Below are positions 18,310 to 28,684 of a stretch of 47,363 nt of DNA, in pieces. Below the pieces are notes generated by a model that did no database searches, was not told where the DNA came from, and saw nothing but the letters and a program-made list of their open reading frames with translations. A program made the translations under genes and the position numbers. Origin of the DNA: an uncultured Gammaproteobacteria bacterium (lineage in GTDB: Bacteria > Patescibacteriota > Microgenomatia > Daviesbacterales > UBA10151); NCBI GenBank assembly GCA_964387865.1, contig CAYLXC010000003.1:15833-63195 (forward strand). Reading direction: 5' to 3'. Within the stretch, counting starts at the first letter, position 1. Each line of letters opens with the position of its first letter.

Positions 18310-19782
18310 GTGGCAGAAAGTTTTGAACAATTAGATTTGAGTGAAAAATTAAGTGTGGATATTGTGAAAAGAAGGGCAGTAGGCGGTGCCGCAATTTTGA
18401 CGTTAAGGAATGTATTTTTGCAAGCCGTTGCTTTTTTTGCAACAGCCCTTTTGACTTACTTTTTGCAGCCTTCAGAATTCGGAGTATTTTTTATTGTATC
18501 TGCAGTCGTGAATTTTTTGGCATATTTTTCCGATATAGGATTTGCTGCTGCCCTAATTCAAAAAAAGGACCATCTAAAAGATGAAGAATTAAAAACAGTT
18601 TTTAGTGCACAACAGTTACTTATTCTTTTCTTAATATTTACAGTTTTTATTTTAAGTCCAGTTTTGAAAAATTTCTACAAATTAGATATGGAAGCAATTT
18701 ATCTTCTTTGGGCACTCGCTATCTCACTACTTTTTTCATCTCTTAAAACCATACCCTCAGTATTAATGGAACGAAGACTGGAGTTTCAAAAATTAGTTAT
18801 ACCGCAAATTGTGGAGACTTTAGTATTTAATATTTCTGCTGTATTTCTTGCATGGAAGGGCTTTGGGGTAACAAGCTTTACAATTGCTGTCATATTAAGG
18901 GGGTTTAGCGGACTTATTGTTACATATATAGTTCAGCCTTGGGTTCCCTCTCTTGCATTTTCTTATAAAGCTTTTAAATCAGTATTAAAATATGGGATTC
19001 CTTATCAAGCAAATTCTCTCCTCGCAATGGTAAAAGATGATGGAATCACACTTCTTTTGGGAAGTACTCTAGGTGCTCAAGGAATTGGGCTTCTGGGATG
19101 GGCGCAAAAGTGGGCATATGCGCCTTTGCGTTTTTTCATGGATCAAGTTATAAAAGTCACCTTTCCTGCCTTTTCAAGATTACAAGATAATGATAAGGAG
19201 CTTTCAAATGCGGTTACAAAATCGATATTTTTTGTATGTGCTTTAGTTTTTCCTTCTCTCTTGGTGCTATTTTCCATTGCACCAATCCTGGTTGAAATAA
19301 TTCCAAAATATGACAAGTGGAGGCCGGCTCTTTTTGCGTTAACCATTTTATCCATAAATTCATCCCTGGCTGCAATTACAACTCCTTTAACCAACACATT
19401 AAACGCAATTGGGAAAATTATGATTACATTTAGACTTATGATCATGTGGACTATTTTGACTTGGGCTTTTGTTCCAGCACTTGCAATTCTTTTTGGAGTT
19501 AATGGGGCGGCTCTTGGATTTGGCCTTGTCGGACTAAGTTCTATTTTTGCTCTTATTATTATTTCAAAATATGTGAAAATAGATTATTTTCAAGCTGTCT
19601 TCAAACCTTTATTTGCAACAATTATTATGGGAGGATTTATTTTTATCATAAAAGGATTTTTTCCTTTATCAATTCTACAACTGATTATTATTATAATAAC
19701 TGCAATTCTTTCTTACATTTTTTCACTTTTGATTTTACAACCTGACATTTTAGTTCATCTAAAAGCATTAAGGAGAAGTTAA
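18310..19782 (+). CDS. wzx: Wzx/MOP-family oligosaccharide flippase
   Basis: About 12-14 hydrophobic segments; L.PSEFG, DIGFAAALIQK, ERRLEF, VTFPAFSRLQ. Confidence 0.9.
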   Translation: MAESFEQLDLSEKLSVDIVKRRAVGGAAILTLRNVFLQAVAFFATALLTYFLQPSEFGVFFIVSAVVNFLAYFSDIGFAAALIQKKDHLKDEELKTVFSAQQLLILFLIFTVFILSPVLKNFYKLDMEAIYLLWALAISLLFSSLKTIPSVLMERRLEFQKLVIPQIVETLVFNISAVFLAWKGFGVTSFTIAVILRGFSGLIVTYIVQPWVPSLAFSYKAFKSVLKYGIPYQANSLLAMVKDDGITLLLGSTLGAQGIGLLGWAQKWAYAPLRFFMDQVIKVTFPAFSRLQDNDKELSNAVTKSIFFVCALVFPSLLVLFSIAPILVEIIPKYDKWRPALFALTILSINSSLAAITTPLTNTLNAIGKIMITFRLMIMWTILTWAFVPALAILFGVNGAALGFGLVGLSSIFALIIISKYVKIDYFQAVFKPLFATIIMGGFIFIIKGFFPLSILQLIIIIITAILSYIFSLLILQPDILVHLKALRRS

Positions 19783-19783
19783 A

Positions 19784-22700
19784 TTGATTAGAATTATTTT
19801 TATTTTTTTAACATTCTTAATATTTTCCTTAAACGCTCAAGAAATTTTTGCCCAGAATAATTCATTTGTTTCTATTGTTAATCCCATAAGAGGTAGCGAA
19901 TTTTGGGAGTTGAAAGATCAAAGTATTGATAATGCTGTTAAAGGTCAGTCTGAAATTTTAACAAAATATAATTTATCAGCAACCTGGCTTTTAAGAATTG
20001 ATGCTTTGGATAGTAAAGAGATTTTAGATTTAATAAATAAAAGAAGCCAGGATGAGAAAGGATTATTTTTGGAAATTACCCCTAGATTAACAAATTTAGC
20101 AAAGGTAAATTACCACAAATCAGAGAATTGGCATGATGCAGGAAGCGCATTTTTGAGCGGTTATGAGCGGTTTGAAAGAGAAAAAATTATTGATGCATCT
20201 TTTGAAAAATTTAGGGAGGTGTTTGGATACTACCCTTCCTCAGTTGGAGCATGGTGGATTGATGCATATTCCTTGGAATACATGCAACGAAAGTATGATA
20301 TCGTCGCCTCACTTATTGTTGCCGACCAATATACAACTGATAATTATCAGATTTGGGGCCAATTTTGGTCAACTCCATATTATCCGTCAAAAAGGAATGC
20401 ACTACACCCTGCACCAAATATGGATGATAAACTTTCTGTTGTTATCATGCAATGGGCCGCAAGGGATCCTGTAAATGCGTACGGAAATGGGGTAGGGGAG
20501 AGTACTTATAGTGTTCAGGCAAATGATTACTTGGATTATCACAATTTGGATATAAATTATTTTAAAAAACTTCTGGATATTTATTTGGGGCAAAAACTAA
20601 ATAAATTCGGTCATATTGTTATAGGTTTGGAAAATTCATATGACTGGAGTAAATATTCAAAGGAATATGAAAATCAAATAAAAATTATTTCCGAGCAAAG
20701 AAGAGCAGGTATCTTGTCAACAGCTACGATGTCCGAGTTTTCTTCATGGTACAGAGATAGATTTCCTGATCTTTCGCCTGAACATATTGTAGTTTCTGAA
20801 GATCCTTTAGGAACAGATAAAAAAGTAGTTTGGTTTATGAACTTAAATTATCGCGCAGGGTGGTTTTTCAACCAGGACGGATCAGTATTTAGAGATATTC
20901 ATCAATATACGGGGGGAGAGGAGATTTGTTTTCTGAGAAGATGTGATGAAGTCAACTTTGCAACGGGTGCAACAAGAGTTTTGGATGAGGTTAGTTTTGG
21001 CCATAAATGGGTAATAGATCAAGGGGAAATAAAAGAGTTTAAAGTTTCAAAAATAAATGAAAAATATATAATAAGCTATCAAAATGAGGCGGGGAATTTA
21101 AGGAAAATTGAATTCTTACAAAGAGATTTAGGCATTGATGGAAAAACTTATTCCATTGATTATACAATACTTGAGGCAACCAGAAAAATAATAGATGAAA
21201 AAGTGGGAGGGTTTATTAAAGAGAAGGGTTCTTTTGAATGGTCCATTACGGGAGTTTTTTTGAAAATTTTTAAGTTTTTGCTTTTTATTGTATTTCTAAT
21301 AATGTTGCCTGGCTACGTAATCTGTAGCAAAATTTCAAAAGATTTTGATTCAGTGTTTAGCGTATTATTCCTGTCAACCGTTATAGGAATGGTTACACTG
21401 ACTTTAGTATTTTATTTGTTAAGTATCTTTAATATTAAATTCTTAATTTTTTCATATAGTTTAATTTTCGCCTTAATATTTCTGAAACTGAAATTATTTA
21501 GGATAAGAAATTTTGGTATCAGAGGATTTAGCAAATTCGGGTTAATAATTTCCGCATTAATCTTATCCGGAACTATTTTTCAAACGGTTCCAACTTTTAA
21601 AAATGGATTACTTTATCCTTATGGGTTAGGTTTTTGGGGACCAAATACTCATGACGGGATTTGGCATATTTCACTAATTAATCAATTGAGTACATACCCT
21701 TTTGAAAACCCCATTTTTGCAGGGAATCCACTGAAAAACTATCATTTCTTTTATGATTTATTAATTGCAATTACTTCATTTTTGTCAAATATTCCGGTCA
21801 CAGACTTAGTGTTTCGATTTTACCCGGTTTTGTTTTCATTAATCTTGGGGATTGGTACGTATTATATTATTGTAAATTTATTCAAAGGGAAAATTAACCA
21901 AAAAGAGCTAAACTTAGCCTCTTTGATTGGGATTTATTTAGTATATTTTTCAGGGTCTTTTGGGTGGATAGTAGAATATTTAAAAAGCAAAAGTCTTGGT
22001 GGAGAATCTGCATTTTGGGCAAATCAATCAATTTCATTTAACTTGAATCCGCCGTTTGCAATATCATTAATAATTATTATTGCCATTTTCCAATTGCTTA
22101 ATGTCTTGAGATTCCAAAAAGGAATAATAATTCTCTTAGCTATATTGTGTGGCACATTGGTTTCATTTAAGGCATATGCAGCAGTTTTAATACTGGTTAC
22201 TTTATTTATAATATCAATAATTAAAAAGTCTCTTCCGCATTTTGTTGTCTTTATTGCAAGTAGTGTCCTTTCCGTAGCCTTATTTTTTTCAAATTTTTCA
22301 ATATCAACAAAATTATTCATATTCTCCCCCTTTTGGTTTATTCATTCTATGATTGATTCACCTGACAGGGTTGGTTGGGTAAGGCTATCTCTTGCAAGAA
22401 ATACAGGATTGGAAACAGGTAATTGGTTTAAATTTATAGTATCTGAGATAGTTGGTTTCTCAATATTTCTGGTTGGAAATATGGGCACAAGAGTATTTGC
22501 CTTGTTAAGCTTATTCAAAATTAAGTATATTTTTTCTCATACAACATTCTTAACACTGTTCATATTTTCGATTCTTGCATTATTTATTCCAATTCTATTT
22601 ATCCAGGCGGGGAACCCTTGGAATACAATACAGTTTTTGTATTATTTTTTATACGTCTCAGCAGTATTATCTGGAGTTGTACTTTCGAATCTCTTTTTGA

Positions 22701-23218
22701 GACTAAACAAAATAGTTGCATTGATATTTATAGGTATAATTTTAGTTCTGACTCCAATTAATTCCTGGGCAACTGCAAATGGATATTTAACTTATAATCC
22801 TCATGCGTATGTTTCAAAATTGGAACTTGAGGCTTTAAACTTTTTGGGATCAAAAGAAGATGGAATTGTTTTAACTTTTCCCTATGATAAAAATCTAAAG
22901 CAAAAGTTAGCAGAACCTTGGTCTCTTATGGTTTATGATAGTACTGCCTATGTTTCTGCGCTTTCTAAGAAGAAAGTCTTTGTTGAGGATGAGCCCCAAA
23001 ATCAAATTCTCTTAACAGATTATAAAAAAAGAATCGTAGCCTCATATGACTTCTTCATAAGATCTGGTCTGGATAAGAAGAATTTTTTAAGGGATAATAA
23101 CATAAAGTATATCTATGTTCCCAAAATATATAAAATTCAGTTGAACGAAACTGATTTACAAATTGAAAAGATATTTGAAAATGAAGAAGTTTTGATTTTT
23201 AAAGTAAAAGAAACTTAA
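19784..23218 (+). CDS. 1144-aa fusion: signal peptide, carbohydrate esterase/hydrolase-like extracellular domain, then 'HDxxWH' GT-C domain
   Basis: TTG start and signal-like N-terminus. Soluble region of about 460 aa with ATWLL, FREVFGYYPSSVGAWWID, DQYTTDNYQIWG and PYYPS (NodB/GH57-superfamily-like). From about 21240 it is multi-TM with THDGIWH, NYHFFYDL, GSFGW and NPP, shared with 23219 and 28685. Confidence 0.75.
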   Translation: MIRIIFIFLTFLIFSLNAQEIFAQNNSFVSIVNPIRGSEFWELKDQSIDNAVKGQSEILTKYNLSATWLLRIDALDSKEILDLINKRSQDEKGLFLEITPRLTNLAKVNYHKSENWHDAGSAFLSGYERFEREKIIDASFEKFREVFGYYPSSVGAWWIDAYSLEYMQRKYDIVASLIVADQYTTDNYQIWGQFWSTPYYPSKRNALHPAPNMDDKLSVVIMQWAARDPVNAYGNGVGESTYSVQANDYLDYHNLDINYFKKLLDIYLGQKLNKFGHIVIGLENSYDWSKYSKEYENQIKIISEQRRAGILSTATMSEFSSWYRDRFPDLSPEHIVVSEDPLGTDKKVVWFMNLNYRAGWFFNQDGSVFRDIHQYTGGEEICFLRRCDEVNFATGATRVLDEVSFGHKWVIDQGEIKEFKVSKINEKYIISYQNEAGNLRKIEFLQRDLGIDGKTYSIDYTILEATRKIIDEKVGGFIKEKGSFEWSITGVFLKIFKFLLFIVFLIMLPGYVICSKISKDFDSVFSVLFLSTVIGMVTLTLVFYLLSIFNIKFLIFSYSLIFALIFLKLKLFRIRNFGIRGFSKFGLIISALILSGTIFQTVPTFKNGLLYPYGLGFWGPNTHDGIWHISLINQLSTYPFENPIFAGNPLKNYHFFYDLLIAITSFLSNIPVTDLVFRFYPVLFSLILGIGTYYIIVNLFKGKINQKELNLASLIGIYLVYFSGSFGWIVEYLKSKSLGGESAFWANQSISFNLNPPFAISLIIIIAIFQLLNVLRFQKGIIILLAILCGTLVSFKAYAAVLILVTLFIISIIKKSLPHFVVFIASSVLSVALFFSNFSISTKLFIFSPFWFIHSMIDSPDRVGWVRLSLARNTGLETGNWFKFIVSEIVGFSIFLVGNMGTRVFALLSLFKIKYIFSHTTFLTLFIFSILALFIPILFIQAGNPWNTIQFLYYFLYVSAVLSGVVLSNLFLRLNKIVALIFIGIILVLTPINSWATANGYLTYNPHAYVSKLELEALNFLGSKEDGIVLTFPYDKNLKQKLAEPWSLMVYDSTAYVSALSKKKVFVEDEPQNQILLTDYKKRIVASYDFFIRSGLDKKNFLRDNNIKYIYVPKIYKIQLNETDLQIEKIFENEEVLIFKVKET

Positions 23219-25195
23219 GTGAATATTCTCTTGCAATTTATCCTTGGAGCATTATTTCTCTCTATATTTTTTATTTCAGTTACATTACCTGCACTTGCCT
23301 TAATAAGAAAATTATTCAGAATGGAGGATGAATTAGAAATATATACTATTGCTTCTGTTTTGGGAATTGTTATTTTTACGATTGTTGCATATATTTTGGC
23401 TGCTCTACATCTGCGTTACCTAATGTGGGTTTTTCCAATTACAGGAATTATACTGCTATTTAAATACAAAATAAATCTTAATAAGGTTATAGATTTGAAA
23501 CATAAGAAATTTTTTCTTTTGGTTATTATGCTGGGAATAATAGGACAAGTTGCCGTTAACGCCCCTTCAGGATTTCCTTATAAGGATGGTATTTATTTTT
23601 GGAGTTCACATGGGCATGATGGAATCTGGCATTTGGCTTTAATGGAACATATGAAAAACGGGGATTTTCCATTCCTAAATCCCGAACTCGCCGGACAAAA
23701 ACTGCAAAATTATCATTTTTTTGTTGATCTTTTAATGTCTGAATTTTCCAGGTTGTTTATGTTTTCAAATTTAGATATTTATTTTAGATTTATGCCGATT
23801 ATCTTCTCAGTCCTGCTGGGGTTTGGAAGCTTTATTTTCGTAAAACTTTGGAGCAAATCAGAAGTAGCTGGGATTTGGGCAATGTTTTTTACTTATTTTG
23901 CGGGAAGTTTTGGGTATTTAATATATGTCCCAACTCATAAAAGTTTGGGTGGTGAATCTATCTTTTGGGTTTCACAAACTCATTCAGTTTTGGGAAATCC
24001 ACCTCATGCTGCGGCCTTTATTATTACCACATTTTTCCTTTTTACTTATCTTAAATTTCTAAGAAATAGAAGCTTGAATTATTTTATAATTTCTGCTTTT
24101 TTAGGTGGGGCAGTAATAGGATTTAAAGTGTATGCTGGTGTCTTACTCCTTGGTGGATTACTTCTCGTTGGGATTTTGGAATTTCTAACAAGAAGAATTT
24201 ACAAAGGAATACTTTTGTTTATTACAACATTAGCTATTTCCGGAATAATCTATCTCCCAAACAGTGTGAATTCGCAAGATTTTCTTATTTGGCAACCATG
24301 GTGGTATATAAGGACTATGGTTGTGGCATCTGATAGGCTAAACTGGCTTGATTTGGAATTAAGAAGGCAAACATACATTGCAGAAAATAATTGGAAGCGT
24401 GTAATACAAGTTGAATTGATGGCATTCTTGATATTTCTTTTTGGTAATTTGGGAATGAGATTTTTGGGATTTTGGACAATTTTAAAAAAATTAAGACAAA
24501 ATATTTTTAAAGATTCCTTTAATCTATTCTTTTTGTCAATAACTTTAGCATCATTTTTCATTCCAATTTTTTTTCTGCAAAAAGGAGTTGCATGGAATTC
24601 CATACAATTTAATCAGTATTTTTTACTATTTTTTGGATTTTGGGCAGGGGCATCAATGGCAAATATTATGAATGTTTTTAAGAATGATTTTGTAAAGACT
24701 TGTATAGTAGTTCTTGTAATTATTTTATCTGTACCAACCCAACTGGGATTGCTTTGGCAATTTTATTCAAATCCTGCATTATCTAAAATTTCTTTAAAAG
24801 AAATTGAAGCTTTAAATTATTTAAAAAATCAGCCTGACGGGATAGTGCTTGTTGCACCGTTCAACAAATATGAAAAGGATAAGTATAAAAATCCACCTAT
24901 TCCCATATATGCCTGGTATGATACAGGCTATGTATCTGCTTTTTCATCTAAAAAAACTTTAATTTCAGATGAAGAGCAAATAAATATAATGGGTTATGAT
25001 GTTTCTAAACTTGTAAAGATGAGGAAAGAAGCTTTTGAAAGTTTAGATAAAAGGGTAGTAAATAATTTTTTAGCAAAATATGATGTAAGATATATTTACC
25101 TATCTTGGGATCAAAAATTTGCTACAAGCAGCGCCTATATTAATGCAGATATAATTTATGAAAATAGCGATGCAAAAATTTTAAAAGTTAAATGA
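23219..25195 (+). CDS. GT-C membrane glycosyltransferase, 'HDxxWH' family (STT3/AglB-like traits)
   Basis: SHGHDGIWH, NYHFFVDL, GSFGY, GNPP, FKVYAG; C-terminal soluble domain with WYDTGYVSA and YDVRYIY. Confidence 0.72.
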   Translation: MNILLQFILGALFLSIFFISVTLPALALIRKLFRMEDELEIYTIASVLGIVIFTIVAYILAALHLRYLMWVFPITGIILLFKYKINLNKVIDLKHKKFFLLVIMLGIIGQVAVNAPSGFPYKDGIYFWSSHGHDGIWHLALMEHMKNGDFPFLNPELAGQKLQNYHFFVDLLMSEFSRLFMFSNLDIYFRFMPIIFSVLLGFGSFIFVKLWSKSEVAGIWAMFFTYFAGSFGYLIYVPTHKSLGGESIFWVSQTHSVLGNPPHAAAFIITTFFLFTYLKFLRNRSLNYFIISAFLGGAVIGFKVYAGVLLLGGLLLVGILEFLTRRIYKGILLFITTLAISGIIYLPNSVNSQDFLIWQPWWYIRTMVVASDRLNWLDLELRRQTYIAENNWKRVIQVELMAFLIFLFGNLGMRFLGFWTILKKLRQNIFKDSFNLFFLSITLASFFIPIFFLQKGVAWNSIQFNQYFLLFFGFWAGASMANIMNVFKNDFVKTCIVVLVIILSVPTQLGLLWQFYSNPALSKISLKEIEALNYLKNQPDGIVLVAPFNKYEKDKYKNPPIPIYAWYDTGYVSAFSSKKTLISDEEQINIMGYDVSKLVKMRKEAFESLDKRVVNNFLAKYDVRYIYLSWDQKFATSSAYINADIIYENSDAKILKVK

Positions 25196-26805
25196 AAACA
25201 AAACTAATTTTGGGAGCAATAATATTTCTTGGCTTATTTCTAAGAAGTTTTGACATAGATAAGAATCCTCCTTCTTTATATGGAGATGAACTCACCATTA
25301 CTTTAGATGCTTATTCACTTTTAAAAACAGGAAAAGATCAGCTTGGAAATTCCTTTCCACTAACTTTTGAGATGGGTGCTGGAAGGCCTGCAGGGTATGT
25401 GTATGGATCAGTTCCATTTGTTGCCTTATTTGGACCAACTGCATTGGGGGTTAGAGGATTATCAATACTATCTGGTGTTTTAATTATTGTTTTGCTTTTT
25501 TATATAGGGAAAAATCTTTTCTCAGAAAGGCTAGGTTTGTCAGCAGCTTTTGTGGCAGCTGTTTCACCATGGGGAATAGCTTTAAGCAGGGGAGGGTTTG
25601 AGGCTCATTTTGCCCTTTTCCTTGCCGTTTTAGGCTTCTATTTTTTTCTTAATGCAAAAGAAAAACCCTTGTTCTATATTTATTCTGCCTTAAGTTTTGG
25701 ATTGACTCTACATACCTACCCCACATATAAAGTAGCTCTTCCTCTTTTTTTACTTTTGCTATTTTGGTTTCGGGGTAAAAATATTTTAGGAAACTCTAGA
25801 AAGCACCTCCTAACAGCTTTATTAATTTTACTTTTTTTAGGATTATTATCTTTTAGTCAAACTTTCATAGGGGGTTCAGAAACAAGATTTTCCGATATAA
25901 ATATAATTTCTCAGCAAGATTTGAAGGCTTCAATTGAACAGAAGATAAATTATGAAAGAAGTGTAACGATTTTGCCAGAGACCTTGTCCAAATTAATGCA
26001 TAACAAAGCCATTGAGTATTCAAAAGTTTTTATTGAAAATTATCTGCAAAATTTCTCCATGGATTTTCTTTTTATACATGGGGATAGAAATCCCCGTCAC
26101 AACATGGCAACAATGGGGGAGTTATACATAGTGGAATTAATTCTAGGTCTTGTCGGACTCCTTACTTCTTGGATAAAATATAAAAAGGCAATAATTTTTT
26201 TGATTTCTTGGTTAGTATTAGCACCAATTCCAACCGCCATTGTTGATTTGCCTCACGCTTTAAGAAGTGCCTTTATGCTTCCGCCATTGATTCTATTGTC
26301 ATCATTGGGTCTTTCCATAATTCTTAGCAGGAAAAATAGAGTTTTATTAATTTTGATTGCAATAATTTTTTCCGTTCAATTTATTTTCTTTTTACAAAAA
26401 CTTTTTTTTCTTTCTCCAAATCTTTATTCTAAATTTTGGTCGTATCCTGCAAAACAGGCAAGCGAAATAGCGAAGGAAAATATGAATCATTTTGACTTCA
26501 TAATATTGTCGGATAAAATTGATAATATTGAATTTGCATATCCTGTTTATGAAAAAATTAAGCCATCAGAAATTATGGATCAAAATATAGATAGAATTAG
26601 TTTATTGGAATATAAATTTAAAAAGTTTGGCAACGTTTACATAGGAAATTTGCCGGGTGATGAAGCAAAAAAATTATTATCCGATTTAAATGGATCAGTG
26701 TTTTATGTCGGTTTACCGGATGAATCAATTAATTTTACAGATTATCAAATTTTGCAAAGTTTGGATAAAATGCCCTCTCTACTGGTGGCAAATAAAGCAA
26801 GATGA
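25192..26805 (+). CDS. ArnT/PMT-like GT-C glycosyltransferase
   Basis: PPSLYGDE, AYSLLKTGKDQLG..FP, SRGGFE, FIHGD.NPRH, PHALRS. Confidence 0.85.
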   Translation: MKTKLILGAIIFLGLFLRSFDIDKNPPSLYGDELTITLDAYSLLKTGKDQLGNSFPLTFEMGAGRPAGYVYGSVPFVALFGPTALGVRGLSILSGVLIIVLLFYIGKNLFSERLGLSAAFVAAVSPWGIALSRGGFEAHFALFLAVLGFYFFLNAKEKPLFYIYSALSFGLTLHTYPTYKVALPLFLLLLFWFRGKNILGNSRKHLLTALLILLFLGLLSFSQTFIGGSETRFSDINIISQQDLKASIEQKINYERSVTILPETLSKLMHNKAIEYSKVFIENYLQNFSMDFLFIHGDRNPRHNMATMGELYIVELILGLVGLLTSWIKYKKAIIFLISWLVLAPIPTAIVDLPHALRSAFMLPPLILLSSLGLSIILSRKNRVLLILIAIIFSVQFIFFLQKLFFLSPNLYSKFWSYPAKQASEIAKENMNHFDFIILSDKIDNIEFAYPVYEKIKPSEIMDQNIDRISLLEYKFKKFGNVYIGNLPGDEAKKLLSDLNGSVFYVGLPDESINFTDYQILQSLDKMPSLLVANKAR

Positions 26806-28034
26806 TTAAAGTATTAGATACATTGGGATTAAAAAGATTATTTTTGTTAGCGATTTTAATAAGGCTTTTCATTATGCCTTTTTATTTTCATCCTGATATA
26901 AAAACATATCATTTTCAAGCACAGTTTTTAAATAGAGGAGTTTTTAATATTTATGACTATCTTGAAAAAAATAAAGAAAACCTTCCAATTAAAGAGGAAT
27001 TTGTTTATTTTCCTCTGACATATTTTTTCTTAGGCAGTTATCAACTAATAGCTAATGCATTTTTGGGAACGGGTTTTTCTGAATGGCTATCTGATGCTTC
27101 CCAAACAGCAGTTAATCGGATTGGTGTTTTTCGTTATCTTTTTATTCTGAAACTTCCTTATCTAATTTTAGATCTTCTAATCCCTTTTCTTCTTATCGGT
27201 TTTTTTAAAGAAAAAAAAGAACAGAGAAAATTTTTTATACTTTGGTTATTCAATCCGGTATCAATTGTAATAATTTATATCTTTTCAAATGTAGATATTA
27301 TTCCGGTGATTTTATCTCTGATGAGCATCCTTCTTTTTAGAGATCGCCAGATTTTCAAAAGTGCCTTGCTTCTTGGAATATCTGCAGGATTTAAACCTTT
27401 TACACTACTTCTTCTTCCAATTTTTTTACTTTTTAATAAAAGATTAAAAGAGGCAGTTAAATACGTATTAACTACCACTCTAACTTTGGGATTAATAATA
27501 ATACCATTTTGGTCAAATGCTTTTTTCCATTCAGCCCTCCTATCTGGTCTCACTACAAGGATTGCATATCCCGGGATCTCGGTAGGATTTGGTGAATCTT
27601 TGATGATAGGAGTTGTTGTACTCTTTGGTTTTTATTTCTGGACTTTGATGAGGAAAACAAAGGGGTTGAATGATATCTGGCTTTACATGTTCTCCTTACT
27701 TTTGCTTCTTTTTTCAACTATTCATTTTCATGTTCAATGGTTATTTTGGGTTATGCCCTTTCTAGTTATTATTTCTATTTTTAGGAAAGATCTTACTAAA
27801 CTCATTCTTCTTTGGTTAAATATGGCATTCTTAATACCAATACTTTATAACGATCAGGCCATGAATGTTTCTTTACTTTCCGCAATCAGTTTGCTTTATA
27901 CGACTTTACCTACCATATTTGTAATAGTACAGAAAATTTATGATCCTTATTTGTTACAAAGTATTTTGCATAGCATAATTTTTGCATTAAGTCTAATCTT
28001 AGTCTCAAAAATTTTTAGAATTGAGGAATCATGA
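26802..28034 (+). CDS. GT-C membrane protein, 'FHPDI' family (GT87/PIG-M/ALG6-like)
   Basis: FHPDIK, YFPLTY, LKLPY..LDL, WLFNP, DIIP, GFK, HVQW; paralog of 33506. Confidence 0.72.
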   Translation: MIKVLDTLGLKRLFLLAILIRLFIMPFYFHPDIKTYHFQAQFLNRGVFNIYDYLEKNKENLPIKEEFVYFPLTYFFLGSYQLIANAFLGTGFSEWLSDASQTAVNRIGVFRYLFILKLPYLILDLLIPFLLIGFFKEKKEQRKFFILWLFNPVSIVIIYIFSNVDIIPVILSLMSILLFRDRQIFKSALLLGISAGFKPFTLLLLPIFLLFNKRLKEAVKYVLTTTLTLGLIIIPFWSNAFFHSALLSGLTTRIAYPGISVGFGESLMIGVVVLFGFYFWTLMRKTKGLNDIWLYMFSLLLLLFSTIHFHVQWLFWVMPFLVIISIFRKDLTKLILLWLNMAFLIPILYNDQAMNVSLLSAISLLYTTLPTIFVIVQKIYDPYLLQSILHSIIFALSLILVSKIFRIEES

Positions 28035-28684
28035 AAGTTTATTTTTTGACAACTGGTTTTATTTTATTACTTTTAATAATAATTCCTTCGGTGTTAGGCT
28101 TTGGCATAAGATATTTGCCGGGTGGGATTCAACCATCTTTAGGTAACACAAAAAGAATTTATGGGGATGTTAGATTATATCAATCATTTGTTTCACCACA
28201 AGATAATTTGGCAGGAATTGGAACAAGTATAAAAAATCCAAATTTTGCAAATAAAGAGGATCTAAGAATTGATATTCATGATGAAAAAGATCAGTTAATC
28301 AGGACCATTTCAATAAATGGCAGAAATACAGCGGATGGGAATTTCATGAGATTAACATTCCCGCCTATAGAAAATTCAAAGAATGAAAAATATACATTCT
28401 CACTTTCATCTAGGGCCTCAACTTATGAGAATGCCTTGGAAGTTTTTCTAACAGAGGATAATCCTTCATGGAATTTACAGTTAAGAGAGAATGGGGAAGC
28501 CGTGGGTGAAAATATATCTTTTATTACTTTGCATAAAGTAACATCACCATTCGAAGTTTTGACAATTATATATACTGGGTGGATTACAAAACTTTTAAAA
28601 GATATATATTTTTTTGTCTTTTATGTAAGTCTTTTGATCGTTATAGTTTTAGCGTTAATAAGTCCGTTAAGAAAGAATAAATAA
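28031..28684 (+). CDS. Hypothetical membrane protein: TM, soluble beta-rich domain, TM
   Basis: Hydrophobic N- and C-termini around a soluble domain of about 150 aa; ATGA overlap with the upstream gene. Confidence 0.8.
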   Translation: MKVYFLTTGFILLLLIIIPSVLGFGIRYLPGGIQPSLGNTKRIYGDVRLYQSFVSPQDNLAGIGTSIKNPNFANKEDLRIDIHDEKDQLIRTISINGRNTADGNFMRLTFPPIENSKNEKYTFSLSSRASTYENALEVFLTEDNPSWNLQLRENGEAVGENISFITLHKVTSPFEVLTIIYTGWITKLLKDIYFFVFYVSLLIVIVLALISPLRKNK

